Shown piece by piece: positions 41,517 through 49,287 of a stretch of DNA of 64,000 nt. The notes under the pieces are model-generated. The model saw only the letters and a list, made by a program, of their open reading frames with translations, was not told where the DNA came from and made no database searches. Source of the DNA: an uncultured Fibrobacteraceae bacterium (GTDB lineage: Bacteria > Krumholzibacteriota > Krumholzibacteriia > LZORAL124-64-63). The stretch is taken from positions 22,391 to 86,390 of the forward strand of contig CAYLIV010000003.1 in NCBI GenBank assembly GCA_964384055.1. Reading direction: 5' to 3'. The position numbers and the translations under genes are program-made. Position 1 is the first letter of the stretch. Every line of letters starts with the position of its first letter.

Positions 41517-44500
41517 TCAGCGGACCACTGCTATCGTAACGACGTTCTCGTCCCTGCGGTTCCCGGTATCTTCGACCACAAGTCGGCAGAGATAAAGCCC
41601 GGTTACCACATTATCCAGATCGACCGTGATTTCGAACGGTTCGCCGGCCAGCACTCGCTTTCCGTTTGTCAGCGCGACCTGCTGCCCCTCCAGGTTGTAC
41701 ACGAAAACACGCGCGTCGCTGTCTCTGACGACGGCGGCCCGCACGGTCAGCGGCCCGGCGAGCAACGGACTCGGGTAGCAGAAATGGCTACCGTCGACCA
41801 GCAGTTGCGTACCGGCCGGCTCGGGAAGGGTCGAAGACACGGTAACGCCACCGCCGCGCCAGGGCGAGCCGCCCCACATGGCCCAGCCGCCGGTGGCGCC
41901 GTGGTACTCTCCCAGACCGGTCCAGACCATCAAGCGTGACTGCATCTCCGTGACCAGTTCCGTACCTTCGTCGTCCAGGCCGACGATACGCGGGAACGTG
42001 CCTACCGCGGCCAGGTCCGCAATGTCGTCGTCATCCAGATCGAGCAGCAACGGCGTACCGGCAATATCCGCCGGTCCGGCGAGCGGCCACCCCGGCAGCA
42101 GTTCTGCGGCTTCGTCGTAGAGGAACAGGCGACCATCACGGCTGGCAAACAAGAACACCGGCCGGAAATCCAGTTGGACGCGCAGTCCGGCCGGCGCTAC
42201 CTCTGGCGCCGCCGGGTAGATCTCGGCGGCCGGCTGCACCGGCCAGCCCGTGTGCCAGGCGCCGGCGCGCGTCGCCAGTCCGAAACGGTTGGCCAGCATG
42301 ACCGAGAGGCCCGGCGCCAGCCTGCTGCCGGGCGTCATGGAGTCGGGCCATGAGTCCGCACTGCCGGTTTCCGCGAGGGACAGACGGTCGAAGTACACCG
42401 CCTGCACCGATCCCGAGGTATCGCTGACCAGGGCGAAGAAATCGCCTTCCTCGTCGCTGCCGAGGGTGACCGGGAAGGCGTTGGGTCTGACGGCCAAATC
42501 GATACTCGCGCTGGGCACCGTGTCCAGATTGGTCAGATTCATCAGCAGCAGCTTGTGGACGTGGTCCACGGGGTCGATGGCGGCGACAGCCAGCACGCCG
42601 TTGTGAGCCGACGGCGCCGCCGGAATCTCCAGCGTTCCCAGAGCGACCTCCGGCCAGTAGTCCATGCCGTGCTCATCGATGAAACGCAGAAACGCACCCT
42701 CCAGCCGCTCGTTCACGACACAGGCCACGACCGAGTCGGTCGGCGCCGTCGCGCCGGGTCCGTCACAGGGCAACAGGATCGGCGGCAAACCGCAGGCGAG
42801 GGGCAGCAACAGCCCAGGACGCTGCGGATCGAGAAACCGTACCGGGTGCAAATCGTGTGTATAGGCGTAAAGGCCTTCGGGGCGCGTCAGGACGACTTCC
42901 AGCCCGTTGTCGCCGGCCAGATTGCCGACCGCCGCGCACCCATGCCAGGGCGTACCGGTCGTGTCCAGAAGCGGCACGGTAACCCGGCTGAGGTCAGCGC
43001 TGAGCACGAACAGCTCGCCGGCCCGGCCGCTGACCACGATCTGATGGGCGCAGGTGTCCGGATCCATCTTGGCCGCCACCAGATGGGAGCCACGCAGATC
43101 CACCCCCGGCTCGAACAGATGCTCGGCGACCAGATACGGTTCGCCGATGGTCGCGTCTTCGCGGAATGTGGAGAAGAACATGGTATCGGCGTAAGCGACA
43201 AAGAGCGTCGAGTCCACCGGATCGAGCGCGAAGGAATCCATCACCACATTGTTGAAGCCGTCAATGGTGAAGCCGGTCCAGGCACCGCCCGCGGTCTCGG
43301 TCGAGGGATCGCTCGTCGCATCGAATACCGTGTTGCCTTCGCCGCGGAACGAGTCGTCGTCGCCGCCCAGAATCCAGGCGGATGCAGTGCGCGAATCCAG
43401 ATCTTGAATTCCGTCCGCTTCCTCGAGGTCGACCGATTTGCGCAGGGGATCAGCGTTGAAAAGATTGCTCTCGGCGTCGAAAACGCGTTCGATCACGCCC
43501 TCGTCGATGTGCCAGACATAGACACCGCTGCCGGCACCTTTGATCCCCGGTTCACGAGCGTTGTTCTCGCTCATGAAGAAGTCCCACTCGGCGCCGGTCA
43601 GGTACTCCAGCGTGTCGGTCTCCGCGTTGAAGAAACCGGTGGGCGAACCGTCGTCGAATTCGGAATCGGCGTCGTAGAAATCCGGCACGTTGTTTCCGTT
43701 CAGATCCCCACTGAACGAAAAGATCCGGTTGCCGTCCGGATCCTGGAGCCGATAGGCCAGCAGCCAGTACTCCCGGCCCGTGATATCGATCCGTGCGGCG
43801 GCGTAGGGGTCATTGCATTGCTCGACCGGCGTCAGCGTGAAGCCCTCCTGATCGGCGGCCGGGTAGGGTTCGACCCAGCCCATCAACAGCTTGTTGAATA
43901 CGCAGGGATGCGGCGGTATGAAACCAGCACCGACAAACAGACCGTAACCCATGAGCCCGAATTCGCCGATACCCTGGCTGTCCGGACGACCGGCAGGCGT
44001 GAAATCGCTCAGCGAGAGCATGCCGATACGCAATCCCACCTCGAAGCAGTACACGCCGAGCGAACCGAAATAGCCGGCAAACGAGCCCACCGGATCCTGG
44101 AACTCTGTTTCCGGCAGGATCAGGACGTGGTCAACGCCCTCGCCGGGATCGAAATCGTCGGTGGGGATGTACGGCAACGGCAGAATGGTGTCCTCGACGG
44201 CGGTCGCGAAGTCCTCGGGGCTGAGATAGGTGCTGTAGATCTGTTCCGGCGAGTTGTTGAGTATGTCCGTTTCCTCACCGGCGCCCGCATGGACGAGGAT
44301 AACGGTATCGTAGAGAGAAAAATCGATGTCCACGTCCAGGCTGTCGACGACCTCGGCCGCCAGAAGAAATGACTGCTCGCCTTCGTCCGGATGGTCGCCG
44401 TACCAGGCCATCGGCTGCGGCAGATTGATTGTCCGCGGACACACGTCGTAGTTCAAGGTGAACTGGCCGTCGCTGACGGCGGTGAAATATTCCGTCACGT

Positions 44501-44927
44501 TCTGCAGCATGTGCGCGAAGAAAAGCGAATCGTGCGCCGCGAAATAGAAATCGCTCTGCATCGGATCGGGAAAATCGCCGCCGACCTGCTCGTGACGCCC
44601 GTACATGAGGCTGTCGGCGAAGTCACACATCACGACAATCGCATCGATGCCCGACGGCGCCTTTTCACCGGCCAGCCGACGCTGCTGCAGCCCGGCCGAG
44701 CCGTCGTCCAACACCGGCTGCGCCTTGTGGAGCCACCGTTCCCAGATGTCGGCCAGTTCGGAGGTATCACTCGGCGGCGCATCCTGGAACCACGGCGACC
44801 AGCCGACCGTGGTCTCGTCTCCCGCTGCCTTTACGGTCGCGGCCAGGCAACCGATCAGAAGGCAGGTCACCGCGAGGATCCGGAGTCGGACCGGGCGGGC
44901 GAGTTTACCGGGGGAATATGCGACCAT
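41517..44927 (-). CDS. Very large secreted protein (1136 aa) with a T9SS-type C-terminal domain. It has a possible M6/InhA-like fold but no HExxH.
   Basis: Signal peptide MVAYSPGKLARPVRLRILAVTCLLIGCLAA. The segments IVVMCDFAD... and TVILVHAGAGEETD recall M6-family blocks, but no HExxH is present anywhere. FG-GAP-like Asp-rich loops are present. The C-terminus ...TGLYLCRLVVEDTGNRRDENVVTIAVVR is CTD-like. It has its own promoter (see 44986..45014). Confidence 0.55.
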   Translation of the reverse strand: MVAYSPGKLARPVRLRILAVTCLLIGCLAATVKAAGDETTVGWSPWFQDAPPSDTSELADIWERWLHKAQPVLDDGSAGLQQRRLAGEKAPSGIDAIVVMCDFADSLMYGRHEQVGGDFPDPMQSDFYFAAHDSLFFAHMLQNVTEYFTAVSDGQFTLNYDVCPRTINLPQPMAWYGDHPDEGEQSFLLAAEVVDSLDVDIDFSLYDTVILVHAGAGEETDILNNSPEQIYSTYLSPEDFATAVEDTILPLPYIPTDDFDPGEGVDHVLILPETEFQDPVGSFAGYFGSLGVYCFEVGLRIGMLSLSDFTPAGRPDSQGIGEFGLMGYGLFVGAGFIPPHPCVFNKLLMGWVEPYPAADQEGFTLTPVEQCNDPYAAARIDITGREYWLLAYRLQDPDGNRIFSFSGDLNGNNVPDFYDADSEFDDGSPTGFFNAETDTLEYLTGAEWDFFMSENNAREPGIKGAGSGVYVWHIDEGVIERVFDAESNLFNADPLRKSVDLEEADGIQDLDSRTASAWILGGDDDSFRGEGNTVFDATSDPSTETAGGAWTGFTIDGFNNVVMDSFALDPVDSTLFVAYADTMFFSTFREDATIGEPYLVAEHLFEPGVDLRGSHLVAAKMDPDTCAHQIVVSGRAGELFVLSADLSRVTVPLLDTTGTPWHGCAAVGNLAGDNGLEVVLTRPEGLYAYTHDLHPVRFLDPQRPGLLLPLACGLPPILLPCDGPGATAPTDSVVACVVNERLEGAFLRFIDEHGMDYWPEVALGTLEIPAAPSAHNGVLAVAAIDPVDHVHKLLLMNLTNLDTVPSASIDLAVRPNAFPVTLGSDEEGDFFALVSDTSGSVQAVYFDRLSLAETGSADSWPDSMTPGSRLAPGLSVMLANRFGLATRAGAWHTGWPVQPAAEIYPAAPEVAPAGLRVQLDFRPVFLFASRDGRLFLYDEAAELLPGWPLAGPADIAGTPLLLDLDDDDIADLAAVGTFPRIVGLDDEGTELVTEMQSRLMVWTGLGEYHGATGGWAMWGGSPWRGGGVTVSSTLPEPAGTQLLVDGSHFCYPSPLLAGPLTVRAAVVRDSDARVFVYNLEGQQVALTNGKRVLAGEPFEITVDLDNVVTGLYLCRLVVEDTGNRRDENVVTIAVVR

Positions 44928-44985
44928 GCAGACAATACCTCTCGTGAGAAACCATCGATTGCGAAAACGTCACTGACCGCCGCGC

Positions 44986-45014
44986 ATTATAGTGAGGCTG
45001 TATACATCGGTCAA
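44986..45014 (-). promoter_or_regulatory. Near-consensus sigma-70 promoter TTGACC-N17-TATAAT for the 1136-aa secreted protein.
   Basis: Read on the minus strand: TTGACC (45014..45009), a 17-nt spacer, then TATAAT (44991..44986). It lies about 55 nt upstream of ATG 44927 with a GAGAGG Shine-Dalgarno. Confidence 0.5.
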
Positions 45015-45264
45015 TTATCCGATTGTCGTCTGTAGCCGGTGGGGACGGCACGAGATAACAGAAGAAGAGAGGGCCCGAGATCCGCTATTGCCACCCCTGA
45101 TCGACAATACCTTCACTCCGGGCCCTCTCCCACATGTTGGTGTCCCCGACTGGACTGTTTGGAATCCTCTCCCTTTTGGCTGCCAACCTCTGCAAGGATC
45201 CGGAACCCTTCCGGCCAGCCGGTTCGATGGGGGGAAAAAACACCAACTACACTCTGTTCGATCC

Positions 45265-47112
45265 CTACCTCCTGCTCTTGCCGCCAGAGCTTTTCTGGGA
45301 GCTGCCGCCCGAGCTCTTCGACTTGCTGGAACCTCCGGATCGGCTGCTGCCACCGGATTTCCGGGACGAAGATCCAGACTTACGCTGCGAGCTACCGGCA
45401 CTGCTCTTAGGCCGGGAAGTGGGTTTTATCTTCGAGCCTCGCGAACCACTCGAACCCGAAGACGATTTCTTCTTCGACTCGACGCGCGGTTTGCTGCGCC
45501 GCGACCCGGCCGGTCGATCGACCTTCTTGCCGGAACGGGAGCCATCCCGCCGCGAATTGTCCGGCCGCACCTGTTGCGGTTTGGCCTTGCGATTAGAGCT
45601 GGGAGCGGTCCGGCCGCCATTCCAGATCCGGGAGCCCGATTTTCGCGTCTCGACTGGCTTGATTGCGCCGCGATCACCTGAGCTCTTGCGTTCGGAATTA
45701 CGCGAGCGGTCCCTTACCTGGCCTGCGCCTGGTGTCGACCGGTCCATGCTCCCCTTTGCCTTGTTGACCGTCTTGCCCCGTACGCTGCTCTTGGCGCGGG
45801 GATCCTGGATCGTCTTGCCGGTCCGACGGTCTATATTCGATTGCTTGCCGCCCGTCCGGGTATCCCGGATTCGCAGCCCGCCTCTTGTCCGGTCCTTCTG
45901 GTTGCTCTTGTCGCCTCGCAGCACCACCCGGGTGCGTTCGACCGACTTGACATTGCGATAGCCGGTCTTGTCGTTGGCGAACACGTTGTTCGTATTCTTC
46001 TCGCCCACCGTACGACCCTTCTTGGTCAGGGAAGTGCGGTTCTTCATGGCGGTGGTCTTCTCTTGCGAAAGCTCCTTCTTGCGTACCAGGCCGTTGTGAC
46101 CGGCGTCCTTGCGCATGGCGTGCCGGGTACCCGCCGTCTTGTCCAGCGGACGATACCGGCGGTGTCCATCCTTGTAGCGCGTCCAGCTATCGCCGTGGTA
46201 GTAGGGCGAATGATGCCAGCTGTAGCAGTGGTGCGGCCAATCGTAGATCCCCACGCTCGGCCAGCGATACCAGGGGTGGTACCAGTAATTCACCCAGGGC
46301 GAATGGCCCCACGGATCCACATAGTAGTAGACCGGGTAGTGGTAGACCGGGAAATACCCGTAGCTCAGATACCAGCGATTGCCCCAGTCGTAGTCGTAGT
46401 GCACGGTAACGCTGCAGTGATCGTTGTACGGATGATAATCGACGTCGTCGTCGAAGTGACACTGGTTGCACAGGTACCGTGGGTGCTCCACGCGCTGGTG
46501 CACGTAGTAGCTCGCGTAGTTGGTGACCACGAACTCGGCGGAGTCTTCAAGTCCGGTCACCGCGAAATTCACCTCGTTCATGGCCAGGAACGGATCGCCG
46601 GCCACGTAGAAATTGTGGCTTCCGTTGGTGGGCTCGTGGTGGAAATCCAGTTCCAGATCGCGCAGATCGAACGGGTACACCGAGACGATTGCCTCGACAT
46701 ATCCCACACCCGACTCGCCCGCCGCTCGGATCTGTCTGGCGCCGCTCGCCGGCAGGTGGTACGGATGCTGGCCGAACACGAAACCGTCGTCGAAACGGCT
46801 GCGGGGCCAGAGGACGGTGACTTCGCCCTCCGTGTCGATCCGGTACACCACCGCGTAGGCGTCGGCATTGGTCTCGAAGAACACGTTGACGTGCTCACCG
46901 CGCTGGTACACGTCATCCGCTTCCTTGTCGACCCAAACGTTGACCCGCAGCGTCTGGGCGGCGTAGTCGACGGCACTTTCGTCCGACTGGCGGTAGGCCC
47001 AAACACCGGGCGCAGTGCACAGGAAGGCTACCAGCACAGGCAGAACCACCGCGAATCGTAGGAGCCTGCGTGTTCCGACCGGCGGCATTTTTCTGGTATC
47101 CAGGTAACTCAT
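45265..47112 (-). CDS. Secreted protein with a His/Tyr/Trp-rich core, one CxxCH motif, and a roughly 250-aa polybasic Ser/Gly/Lys/Arg disordered tail.
   Basis: Start ATG 47112 (MSYLDTRKMPPVGTRRLLRFAVVLPVLVAFLCTAPGVWA signal peptide) with GAGGAGGAAG immediately upstream. Core segments: ...RYLCNQCHFDDD..., YHPYNDH, HYDYDWGNRWY, YHYPVYYYVDPWGHSPWVNYWYHPWYRWP, DWPHHCYSWHHSPYYHGDSW. Tail: ...KSSSGSSGSRGSKIKPTSRPKSSAGSSQRKSGSSSRKSGGSSRSGGSSKSKSSGGSSQKSSGGKSRR. Confidence 0.5.
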   Translation of the reverse strand: MSYLDTRKMPPVGTRRLLRFAVVLPVLVAFLCTAPGVWAYRQSDESAVDYAAQTLRVNVWVDKEADDVYQRGEHVNVFFETNADAYAVVYRIDTEGEVTVLWPRSRFDDGFVFGQHPYHLPASGARQIRAAGESGVGYVEAIVSVYPFDLRDLELDFHHEPTNGSHNFYVAGDPFLAMNEVNFAVTGLEDSAEFVVTNYASYYVHQRVEHPRYLCNQCHFDDDVDYHPYNDHCSVTVHYDYDWGNRWYLSYGYFPVYHYPVYYYVDPWGHSPWVNYWYHPWYRWPSVGIYDWPHHCYSWHHSPYYHGDSWTRYKDGHRRYRPLDKTAGTRHAMRKDAGHNGLVRKKELSQEKTTAMKNRTSLTKKGRTVGEKNTNNVFANDKTGYRNVKSVERTRVVLRGDKSNQKDRTRGGLRIRDTRTGGKQSNIDRRTGKTIQDPRAKSSVRGKTVNKAKGSMDRSTPGAGQVRDRSRNSERKSSGDRGAIKPVETRKSGSRIWNGGRTAPSSNRKAKPQQVRPDNSRRDGSRSGKKVDRPAGSRRSKPRVESKKKSSSGSSGSRGSKIKPTSRPKSSAGSSQRKSGSSSRKSGGSSRSGGSSKSKSSGGSSQKSSGGKSRR

Positions 47113-47193
47113 GATCTTCCTCCTCGGGCCGCTCCTGCGGCCTCCGGCCACTGCGACTGGCTACAACGTGCAACGCGCCGCCTCCGGCAACCG

Positions 47194-48237
47194 TTACATC
47201 TTGATCGGGGCGAGGTCCAGTTCGACGCCGCGCCTAGTCCGCGCGGACGATTTGAGTTCAGGCCAATCGGCCACCAGCTGGTAAGCCCAGAGTATGGTCA
47301 CCGATTCGGAACTCCAGACCTTGACTGCAAACTTCGCGTAATGCGATTCGTTGTCCGGTTCGTTGTCGATCCTCACGGCATAGGCATGACCGGTGATCAG
47401 TTCGAGCCGTCCGGAACTCGAGTAACCGCCCGGAGGCGCCCAGCCCAGAACCTCGAAGTAGAGATTGCCGTCCGAGTCAGCGACCGATCCGTAGTCCTGA
47501 ATCGAAACATCATCGTTCACGGCGACCACGTACGGAATTCCGCCGTCGTAGACGATCTTGATATCGGCGGTGGTATCGACCGGATTGGGATCGACCACGC
47601 CGAGGTCGCCGTCGGCGGACACGCCGGCGACACTGAAATCGAATCCTCCGCGATCGCCGTCCGCGCCGTCCGCGTCGTAGAGCGTCACACCATTACCGTT
47701 GTCCATCGGCAGGGGAGTATCGTGGACCAGCTCGAAACTCAAAGCGCTCTCGACGCCGTTCTCGTTGACGGCGCTGACGGCGTACTCGTACATCTCACCG
47801 TTTTCCACATCGGTATCTTCATACCGGTGTAGACCGGTATCAGGGTCGAATCCGGCATGATCCCAGGCCACGGTCGCCAGCCATTCGAAAACACGAATAT
47901 CATCGTTTTCGTCGCCGGGTTCGTAGAATCGCCAGTAGATATTGTACTCGGTCAACCGTTCAATGGTCGGGTAGTAGACGTCACTCCAGTAGATGGTCAC
48001 GCTGTGGTCGCCGGTGACGCTGAAGACGCCCGCCGGAACGGCCGGCGGATCCGCCAGACAATCGGGACAGTCGACACAATCGTCGGAGCAACCACCGCAC
48101 AGCAGTAGCAGGCTGACAGCGATTGGGAGCAGGAATCGGTAGACCGGATTGCCCCGGCCCACCTGGCTACTCGTAACAACCGTCGCCATGAAACGGTTGC
48201 TGCTGTTCACCTGTTTGCGTTTGATCCTTGTAGCCAT
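47194..48237 (-). CDS. Lipoprotein with an N-terminal Cys cluster and an FN3-like beta-rich body.
   Basis: ...FLLPIAVSLLLLCGGCSDDCVDCPDCLADPP gives a lipobox followed by C-x2-C-x3-C-x2-C-x2-C. Then VTGDHSVTIYWSDVYYPTIERLTEYNIYWRF, which is FN3-like. The true start is uncertain (48237 or internal). It lies 42 nt upstream of the next secreted gene. Confidence 0.5.
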   Translation of the reverse strand: MATRIKRKQVNSSNRFMATVVTSSQVGRGNPVYRFLLPIAVSLLLLCGGCSDDCVDCPDCLADPPAVPAGVFSVTGDHSVTIYWSDVYYPTIERLTEYNIYWRFYEPGDENDDIRVFEWLATVAWDHAGFDPDTGLHRYEDTDVENGEMYEYAVSAVNENGVESALSFELVHDTPLPMDNGNGVTLYDADGADGDRGGFDFSVAGVSADGDLGVVDPNPVDTTADIKIVYDGGIPYVVAVNDDVSIQDYGSVADSDGNLYFEVLGWAPPGGYSSSGRLELITGHAYAVRIDNEPDNESHYAKFAVKVWSSESVTILWAYQLVADWPELKSSARTRRGVELDLAPIKM

Positions 48238-48289
48238 CTTCCTGCTCCCTGGCTTTGCTACGCTCCCATGCGTTTGCGGTCCAACCTCT

Positions 48290-48306
48290 CGCAGTCTTCG
48301 TGCCAG
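48290..48306 (-). promoter_or_regulatory. Candidate sigma-54 (-24/-12) promoter TGGCACGAAGACTGCG.
   Basis: The minus-strand reading of 48306..48291 is TGGCAC GAAGA CTGCG. GG and GC are at the exact consensus spacing (TGGCACG-N4-TTGCW), with one mismatch in the -12 element. It lies 50-100 nt upstream of the lipoprotein start, and sigma-54 activator genes are adjacent. Confidence 0.4.
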
Positions 48307-48559
48307 ACCCTGCAGCGCCCGATCCCCACCGACGGCGGGGAAGCCCGACGCCAGCGGCGACAGCGACCGATTCGAACCGCGAAACCATCTATACGACAGC
48401 GTATTACGTCGATGGCTGAAACCAGGCGAACAGCACGGTGGGACCGGTGGGAAAGCAGGAAGATCAGGTTACCGTGTTGGCGCCGGGCGGCTCGGCAGTA
48501 GGTGTTTCCTGTGCGGGCCAGAGGACAGATTCTACGATCGGGGACAATCGTAGCCGGCG

Positions 48560-49287
48560 TCATCGAACCATGCCGGCTACCGGACCGAAGTGCGCAGGCA
48601 CAGAAAAAGAGCCCCTGCTACCCTTGTGGTAGCTCCTGATCTTGAATCTCGCCACTTCAAGATCAGAGAGGCTCTATTTCCGTTTTCTTCTATTCTGTAT
48701 GGTCCCGCCGGGACCTCTCTCACAATCTGAATATCGCGAATCGGGAGAGTGGATTCAGCAGCTTTCTCACGCTCGCGGGAAGAGTATTTAAGATCCCACC
48801 TCTTAAGTATCTCCTTGCGAGCCCTTCTTGAAGAAAGCTCCCCTGTCTAGCCGGATAGCTTCAAGGTCGTGAATGCCATCCTCTCCCGAATTTGCGACTT
48901 TCCATGCGAATGAAGTGCTCGTTCCCTACAACAAACCCTTCAACAAATGTAGGATATAGCAGAAGCCGTGCCGCGATCGGAGTCGTGTCCAAATTATAAT
49001 AACTTTCACGATTACAACAAGTTACGCTGCCTGTTTTTTCATTAACCCGACATGGCAGCAGCGAGTTTATAAACTCTGTTTATAGCGATTTCGCGTATGC
49101 CCGTAACCGCATAAGAAGCAGCACATTGCATTGTAAAACTGTTTTATAGCTCACGGGGAAACCAGGCAAGAATATTTGTTGTTTCCACGGCTCGGGTCCG
49201 CGTCAGTCCATCGAACGCGCTCTCCGATGTCCTCAAGTGGCAGTACAGAGAAGCGTACTAACCTGAAACACGTTGTCGATGGCTGGG
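48560..49287. other. AT-rich, ORF-free island of roughly 0.75 kb, with multiple hairpins and direct repeats (candidate ncRNA or regulatory region).
   Basis: There is no ORF of 60 aa or more between about 48640 and 49150 in any frame. GC is visibly far below the flanking sequence. Consecutive plus-strand hairpins are GCTACC-cttgt-GGTAGC (48616-48632), CTGATCTTGAA-N9-TTCAAGATCAG (48636-48666), and AGAGAGG...CCTCTCT (48665-48720) enclosing GGTCCCGCCGGGACC. A 10-bp palindrome GTTTATAAAC occurs at about 49066. Direct repeats AAACTCTGTTTATAGCGA (49071-49088) and AAAACTGTTTTATAGCTCA (49135-49153) are present. Confidence 0.5.

Noticed and set aside
41517-44927. Calling the 1136-aa protein an active M6 metalloprotease
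   Set aside because: No HExxH motif is present anywhere in the translation. Only a fold-level resemblance is proposed.
45226-45241. G6A6 homopolymer tract (GGGGGGAAAAAA) and a CCGGAA-ccc-TTCCGG hairpin in the 337-bp intergenic region
   Set aside because: There is no adjacent T-run on the appropriate strand to call a terminator, and no slippage-prone ORF context. It is noted only.
49100-49125. GAAGCAGC string resembling the SRP (4.5S) RNA domain IV motif
   Set aside because: The flanking sequence lacks the conserved GGUCAGG/GGAA context, and the region is far too AT-rich for a structural RNA of a high-GC organism. A tRNA/tmRNA T-arm search (GTTCGANTC) was also negative.
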